From NCBI GenBank assembly GCA_041492755.1, contig JBGPXN010000079.1, positions 1-20,228 of the forward strand: DNA of 20,228 nt. The letters run 5' to 3'. This DNA is from Candidatus Methylomirabilia bacterium (lineage in GTDB: Bacteria; Methylomirabilota; Methylomirabilia; Rokubacteriales; CSP1-6). The notes below the pieces were generated by a model. That model had not been told where the DNA came from, ran no database searches, and saw only the letters and a list, made by a program, of their open reading frames with translations. The position numbers and the translations under genes are program-made. Shown one piece after another: positions 16,512 through 20,228 of the stretch. Within the stretch, counting starts at the first letter, position 1; each line of letters starts with the position of its first letter.

Positions 16512-17691
16512 GCCCCTCGACGGTGTCCGCGTGCTCGATCTCACCCGCGTGCTGGCCGGTCCCTTCGGCGCCATGATGCTCGGCGACATGGGAGCGGACG
16601 TCATCAAGGTGGAGGAGCCCGGCAAGGGCGACGACACCCGGCGGTGGCCGCCCTTCAAGGCGGGCGAGGCCACCTACTTCATGTCGGTCAACCGCAACAA
16701 GCGCAGCATCACGCTCAACCTCAAGGCCCCGGCCGGCGTGGCCATCCTCAAGCGTCTGGCCGCCAAGAGCGACGTGGTGATGGAGAACTTCCGCACGGGC
16801 ACCATGGACAAGCTCGGGCTCGGCTACAAGGCGTTGTCGCGCGTCAATCCGCGGCTCGTGTACTGCTGCATCTCGGGCTTCGGCGAATCGGGGCCCGAGG
16901 CCCACCGCGGCGGTTATGACCTCATCGTGCAGGGCGAGTCCGGGGTCATGGACCTGACCGGATTTTCCGACGGGCCCCCGGTGAAGGTCGGCAACTCCAT
17001 CGGCGATCTGGTGGCGGGGATGTCCGCCGCCAACGGCATCGCGCTCGCGCTGCTGGCCCGCACCCGTACGCGCCGCGGCCAGAAGGTCGAGGTGTCGATG
17101 CTGGACGTCATGGCCTCGCTGCTGACGTACCAGGCCGGCATCTACTTCAACACCGGCGCGCGGCCCGGCCGCCGGGGCAACGCGCACCCGTCGATCGTCC
17201 CCTACGAGGTGTTCAAGGCGGCCGACGCCTACGTGACCCTCGGGGTCGCCAACAACTCGCTGTGGAAGCAGTGCTGCGCGGCGCTCGATCGCACGGATCT
17301 CGTGACCGATCCGCGCTTCGCGACGGAGGCCACGCGCGTCGACAACCGCGACGTCCTGGTGCCGCTGCTCAACGAGATTCTCGGCGCCCGCCCGGCCGAC
17401 GACTGGCTCAAGCGCCTCGATGCCGCCGGCGTCCCCGCCGGCCGCATCAAGACCGTGGCCGAAGTGTGCGAGAGCGAGCACCTGAAGGCGCGCGGCATGA
17501 TCGTCCCGCTGCGCCACTCCAAGGCCGGCTCCGTCACGGTCATGGGCGTGCCGGTGAAGCTGCACGCCACGCCCGGCAAGGCGGCCACCGCGCCGCCGCT
17601 GCTGGGACAGCACACCGCCGCCGTCTTGAAGTCGGTGCTCGGGATGAAGCCCGCGCAGATCGCGACCCTCCGTCGCGACGGGGTGGTGTGA
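16498..17691 (+). CDS. Family III CoA-transferase (CaiB/BaiF)
   Basis: PLDGVRVLDLTRVLAGPF, LGDMGADVIKVE, NRNKRSITLNLK, ENFR, catalytic-Asp region SIGDLVAG, PPLLGQHT. SD AAGGA before GTG 16498. Confidence 0.92.
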   Translation: MPRIKPLDGVRVLDLTRVLAGPFGAMMLGDMGADVIKVEEPGKGDDTRRWPPFKAGEATYFMSVNRNKRSITLNLKAPAGVAILKRLAAKSDVVMENFRTGTMDKLGLGYKALSRVNPRLVYCCISGFGESGPEAHRGGYDLIVQGESGVMDLTGFSDGPPVKVGNSIGDLVAGMSAANGIALALLARTRTRRGQKVEVSMLDVMASLLTYQAGIYFNTGARPGRRGNAHPSIVPYEVFKAADAYVTLGVANNSLWKQCCAALDRTDLVTDPRFATEATRVDNRDVLVPLLNEILGARPADDWLKRLDAAGVPAGRIKTVAEVCESEHLKARGMIVPLRHSKAGSVTVMGVPVKLHATPGKAATAPPLLGQHTAAVLKSVLGMKPAQIATLRRDGVV

Positions 17692-17755
17692 GTCGATGTA
17701 GGATAGGCGCCGCAGCGGAGAGCGCCACCGCAGCGACGCGGAGAGGAGACCACCC

Positions 17756-18313
17756 GTGCCCGAATCCATTCCGGCCCCACTGATCATCGACACGCTCAAG
17801 GACACGTTCAAGGAGGCGCGGGCGGCGCTCGCCGCCGAGGGCCACCGCAATTCCCCGCCGTACCTCGGCTGGATCCTCAGCGTGCCCGACACGCACCAGA
17901 AGAGCGTGCTCGCGGCCCTCGACAAGGAAGACTCGATCCGGGTGTTGACGTGCTCCACCGAGGACGAGGCCAACGCGATCGCCGCCGGCCTGTACATCGG
18001 CGGCGAGCCTGTGGTGGTGATGATCCAGCACGCCGGCCTCTACGCCTCGGTGAACACGCTGCGCGGCGTGTCCATGGACGGCAAGGTCCCGGTCTGCTAC
18101 CTGGTCGGCCTGCTCAGCCGCGAGAAGGACAAGGACCCGAGCGAATCTCGGCACTCGATGGTCCGCTTCGCCGAGCCGCTGCTCGACACGTTCGGCGTCC
18201 CCCACGCGCGGCTCGAAGGGCCCGACGACGTGCACCTCATCCCGGAGTACTACCGTCTGAGCCGCGAGCGGCGCGGACCGGCCGTCCTGCTGGTCGGGTT
18301 GGAGACGATCTGA
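17756..18313 (+). CDS. ThDP-dependent decarboxylase alpha subunit (ComD / phosphonopyruvate decarboxylase N-terminal-like)
   Basis: SVPD...TEDEANAIAAGLYIGG...MIQHAG...N, the Pyr-domain signature of ComD-like proteins. SD AGGAG. Confidence 0.75.
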   Translation: MPESIPAPLIIDTLKDTFKEARAALAAEGHRNSPPYLGWILSVPDTHQKSVLAALDKEDSIRVLTCSTEDEANAIAAGLYIGGEPVVVMIQHAGLYASVNTLRGVSMDGKVPVCYLVGLLSREKDKDPSESRHSMVRFAEPLLDTFGVPHARLEGPDDVHLIPEYYRLSRERRGPAVLLVGLETI

Positions 18314-18882
18314 TGGCCATGAAGCCGGAAGACATCCTGCGCGCGATTGCGGCGGCCCGCGGCGACGCGGTCTGCGTCCCGACCATGACCACGTCGCCCG
18401 CCTGGCGCGACATCGCGCCCAACGACCTCTCCGTGGGGTGCGTCGGGTTCATGGGCGGCGCCTCGTCCATCGGTCTCGGCATCGCGCTGGCGCGCCCCGA
18501 CCGCCGCGTCATCGTGTTCGACGGCGACGGCTCGCTCCTGATGCAGCTCGGCTCGCTGGCCACGGTTGCCGGCTCGCGAGCGCGCAATTTCGTCCATCTC
18601 CTGTTCAAGAACGGCGTCTATCACACCTCGGGCGCGCAGGAGACGCCGGGCGGGCTCACCGTCGATTTCGCGATGATGGCGCGCGCCGCCGGCTACCGGC
18701 AGACCTTCACCATCGCGGACTTCGCCGAATTCCAGCGCCGGTTGCCCGGCCTGTTGAAGAATGACGGTCCGATCTTCGCCGAGCTCATCACCGGACTCGC
18801 CGACCAGACGCCGATGACGTCGCCCCGCGGCACCCCGTTCCCCCAGCAGATCGAGGACCTTCGCACGCGCCTGAAGGGTTGA
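18313..18882 (+). CDS. ThDP-dependent decarboxylase beta subunit (ComE-like)
   Basis: TGATG overlap; GFMGGASSIGLGIALARPDRRVIVFDGDGSLLMQLGSLAT...NGVYHTSGAQ. Confidence 0.8.
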   Translation: MAMKPEDILRAIAAARGDAVCVPTMTTSPAWRDIAPNDLSVGCVGFMGGASSIGLGIALARPDRRVIVFDGDGSLLMQLGSLATVAGSRARNFVHLLFKNGVYHTSGAQETPGGLTVDFAMMARAAGYRQTFTIADFAEFQRRLPGLLKNDGPIFAELITGLADQTPMTSPRGTPFPQQIEDLRTRLKG

Positions 18883-18929
18883 CGGGTGGACCGATCGTGA
18901 CCGCGAGCGGTCTCGTCTTCATCGGCGCG
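18882..18929 (+). pseudogene. 16-codon fragment of a PQQ-dependent (glucose/quinate-type) dehydrogenase
   Basis: TGGPIVTASGLVFIGA matches the conserved C-terminal GGPIVTAGGLVFIGA motif of this family; homology ends abruptly. Confidence 0.55.
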
Positions 18930-18986
18930 CAGCACGTTGCAGTACGACCAGAGCTTTTGGACGATACGGTTGGAGACGTCGGTCAC
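18927..18986 (-). pseudogene. hsdM: N-terminal 20 codons of a type I restriction-modification methyltransferase (HsdM)
   Basis: GTG overlapping the upstream stop; MTDVSNRIVQKLWSYCNVLR matches the IVQKLWNYCNVLRDDG N-terminus of HsdM, then homology stops. Confidence 0.7.
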
Positions 18987-19222
18987 GGCAGGGACACGAC
19001 CTCGACCTGGACCCCGCGCGCGCGGGCCCCGTGCACGATCCGTTCGAGGTGCGCGACTGTCGCGTCTTCGAACCAGGGCTCGCCGCACTGGTCGCAGACT
19101 TTGGCTTCGACATTGCGCACCACCACGACGGTGGTGCCGAGATCGACGGAATGGCTGACGCGCCCGGCGCGGCGCTTGCCACCGCACAGGGCACAGAGCC
19201 CAGAGGGATACGAACGCTTCAT
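18983..19222 (-). CDS. YgiT-type zinc-finger protein (MqsA-N-like putative antitoxin)
   Basis: CALCGG...VVVVRNVEAKVCDQCGEPWF; SD GAGGAG; reading frame intact. Confidence 0.85.
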   Translation of the reverse strand: MKRSYPSGLCALCGGKRRAGRVSHSVDLGTTVVVVRNVEAKVCDQCGEPWFEDATVAHLERIVHGARARGVQVEVVSLP

Positions 19223-19289
19223 GGTGTTCTCCTCGTCCGCCAGTCCGGCTCGAACTCGTCCGGGCTGGGCTCGTCACGGTGACGATATG
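19219..19289 (-). pseudogene. 3' remnant of a DUF4258-type putative toxin with a 1-nt deletion
   Basis: cat atc gtc acc gtg [t]ac gag ccc... restores HIVTVYEPSPDEFEPDWRTRRTP*. The stop overlaps the YgiT ATG (ATGA). Confidence 0.65.
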
Positions 19290-19429
19290 GTCTTCCGTGG
19301 AGGATCTGGGCGGAACCATTGCGCATATCAGATCCCCATGATTCGTCGGCACTCACAGTTGCCAGCCAACCTCGCGAAGGAAGCCGAACCAGTCGAGACA
19401 GGCTAGCCCCGTAGTGCGCGCCGGTCCGT

Positions 19430-19723
19430 CCCGTACCCCTGCACGACTTCCGGCGCCTTCCTGCTGGCACGCCGGCCGAGCCGTCCGCCGAGCTGCTCCT
19501 GCAGGTACGGCGCGCGCGCTGCCGGCGAACCGTGGCGGTCGCCCTGACGAGCGAGCTCGGGCGCGAGGTCCCGGAGTTCCCATTGCGGGCGACCCTTGAT
19601 GCGGACGCGGAGGTGGTCGCCGCGCGCGCCAGGTCATGGCTCGGTGTTCTTGCCGACGAGCCGAGGCGGTGGACCGGTGACCACGGCCCACTCAATGCGT
19701 GGATCGCCGCGTTCGAAGCGCGC
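19430..19723 (+). pseudogene. Internal fragment of an XRE-HTH / ImmA-IrrE metallopeptidase fusion gene
   Basis: PLHDFRRLPAG...SAELLLQVRRAR...EVVAARARSWLGV...W...LNAWIAAFEAR resembles the linker and N-terminal part of the ImmA/IrrE domain. HTH and HEXXH are both absent. Confidence 0.55.
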
Positions 19724-19812
19724 GTCTGCGATCGGATACGTTCGAGGAGAGCGCTTGCTGGCTCATCGCTGGTATCCTGGTCGGCGAGCTTGCCCGCGGT
19801 CACAGCCGCCTG
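19720..19812 (-). pseudogene. hsdS: C-terminal remnant of a type I restriction-modification specificity subunit (HsdS)
   Basis: AAVTAGKLADQDTSDEPASALLERIRSQ matches the A..GKLVPQDPNDEPASVLLERI motif of HsdS proteins. Confidence 0.7.
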
Positions 19813-19868
19813 GGGGCGCGGCTTGGGGACCACGTGGTGGCGTTCGCGCCGCCGGGCTCGCGGTGAGG

Positions 19869-20228
19869 TCAGCGGGAAGGGCTGGTGGCTGCTTCCTGGC
19901 GGCGGCGGGTCGCCGCTACCCGCTCGAAGGCGGCCCGGAGCCCCGGCACGGCGGTCAGGACGTGGTCGAACTGCTGGCGGCCGAGCGTCAGCATCAGCGA
20001 CGGGGCGCGGGTCACGACGGACGCGCTGCGTGGCACGTCCTCGAGCAGCGCGATCTCGCCGAAGACGTCACCATCTTCGAGCACCGAAATGCGCTGCTCC
20101 GCGCCGTCCGCGCCCCGCTTCAGCACTTCCACCGAGCCGCGCACGATGATGTAGAGCTTGTCGCCCGGGTCGCCCTCCTCGATGATTCGCTTGCCTTCCG
20201 GGTACCGTTCGGTGACGAAGCGGTCGGC
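19869..20228 (-). CDS. Protein with a C-terminal cyclic-nucleotide-binding domain; 5' part lies outside the window
   Basis: Frame open from the window end: FVTERYPEGKRIIEEGDPGDKLYIIVRGSVEV...GDVFGEIALLEDVPRSASV. Stop at 19869-19871. Confidence 0.85.
   Translation of the reverse strand, partial: ADRFVTERYPEGKRIIEEGDPGDKLYIIVRGSVEVLKRGADGAEQRISVLEDGDVFGEIALLEDVPRSASVVTRAPSLMLTLGRQQFDHVLTAVPGLRAAFERVAATRRRQEAATSPSR

Noticed and set aside
17709..17748. Short duplicated ccgcagcg...cggagag motif in the intergenic gap
   Set aside because: Only two short imperfect units in GC-rich DNA; not distinguishable from chance.
14910..17997. Minus-strand ORFs 14910-16673 and 16456-17997
   Set aside because: Shadows of the thiolase and CoA-transferase genes.
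17756..18882. Coenzyme M or phosphonate biosynthesis cluster
   Set aside because: No comA/B/C or pepM in the window; the ComDE-like pair alone is not sufficient.
19464..19480. TGGCAC as a third sigma54 promoter (also at 20031)
   Set aside because: No TTGC at the required spacing, and both lie in coding or pseudo-coding sequence.
18693..20149. ORFs 18693-19352, 18879-19406, 19219-19833 and 19532-20149 as real genes
   Set aside because: Each is a chance chimera running through one or two pseudogene fragments.

Overview
High-GC (about 70% by eye) bacterial chromosomal DNA. The substrate-binding proteins have cleavable non-lipoprotein signal peptides, which suggests a diderm; the gene content is reminiscent of Ca. 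Rokubacteria (inference only). In order, the window holds: the 3' end of a ThDP enzyme; a 245-bp CTAG-bounded rod-like palindromic element (MITE-like); a GT4 glycosyltransferase; a small coiled-coil gene behind a sigma54 promoter; an FmdB zinc ribbon / CelD-like GNAT / MshA-like glycosyltransferase cassette; a decayed SAM-methyltransferase fragment; an Opp/Dpp-type ABC operon (D-F-A-A-A-B-C) with three paralogous binding proteins; a 7Fe-type ferredoxin; a stand-alone Fis-type HTH gene with its own sigma54 promoter; a G-rich REP-like hairpin; a thiolase lacking its catalytic Cys, DUF35, a family III CoA-transferase and a ComDE-like ThDP decarboxylase pair; a ~930-bp scar of fused gene fragments (PQQ dehydrogenase, hsdM, DUF4258 toxin, XRE-ImmA, hsdS) around one intact YgiT-type zinc-finger gene; and the 3' end of a cNMP-binding-domain gene. 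No rRNA, tRNA, CRISPR array or transposase was seen. All family calls come from motif recognition by eye, not from database searches.
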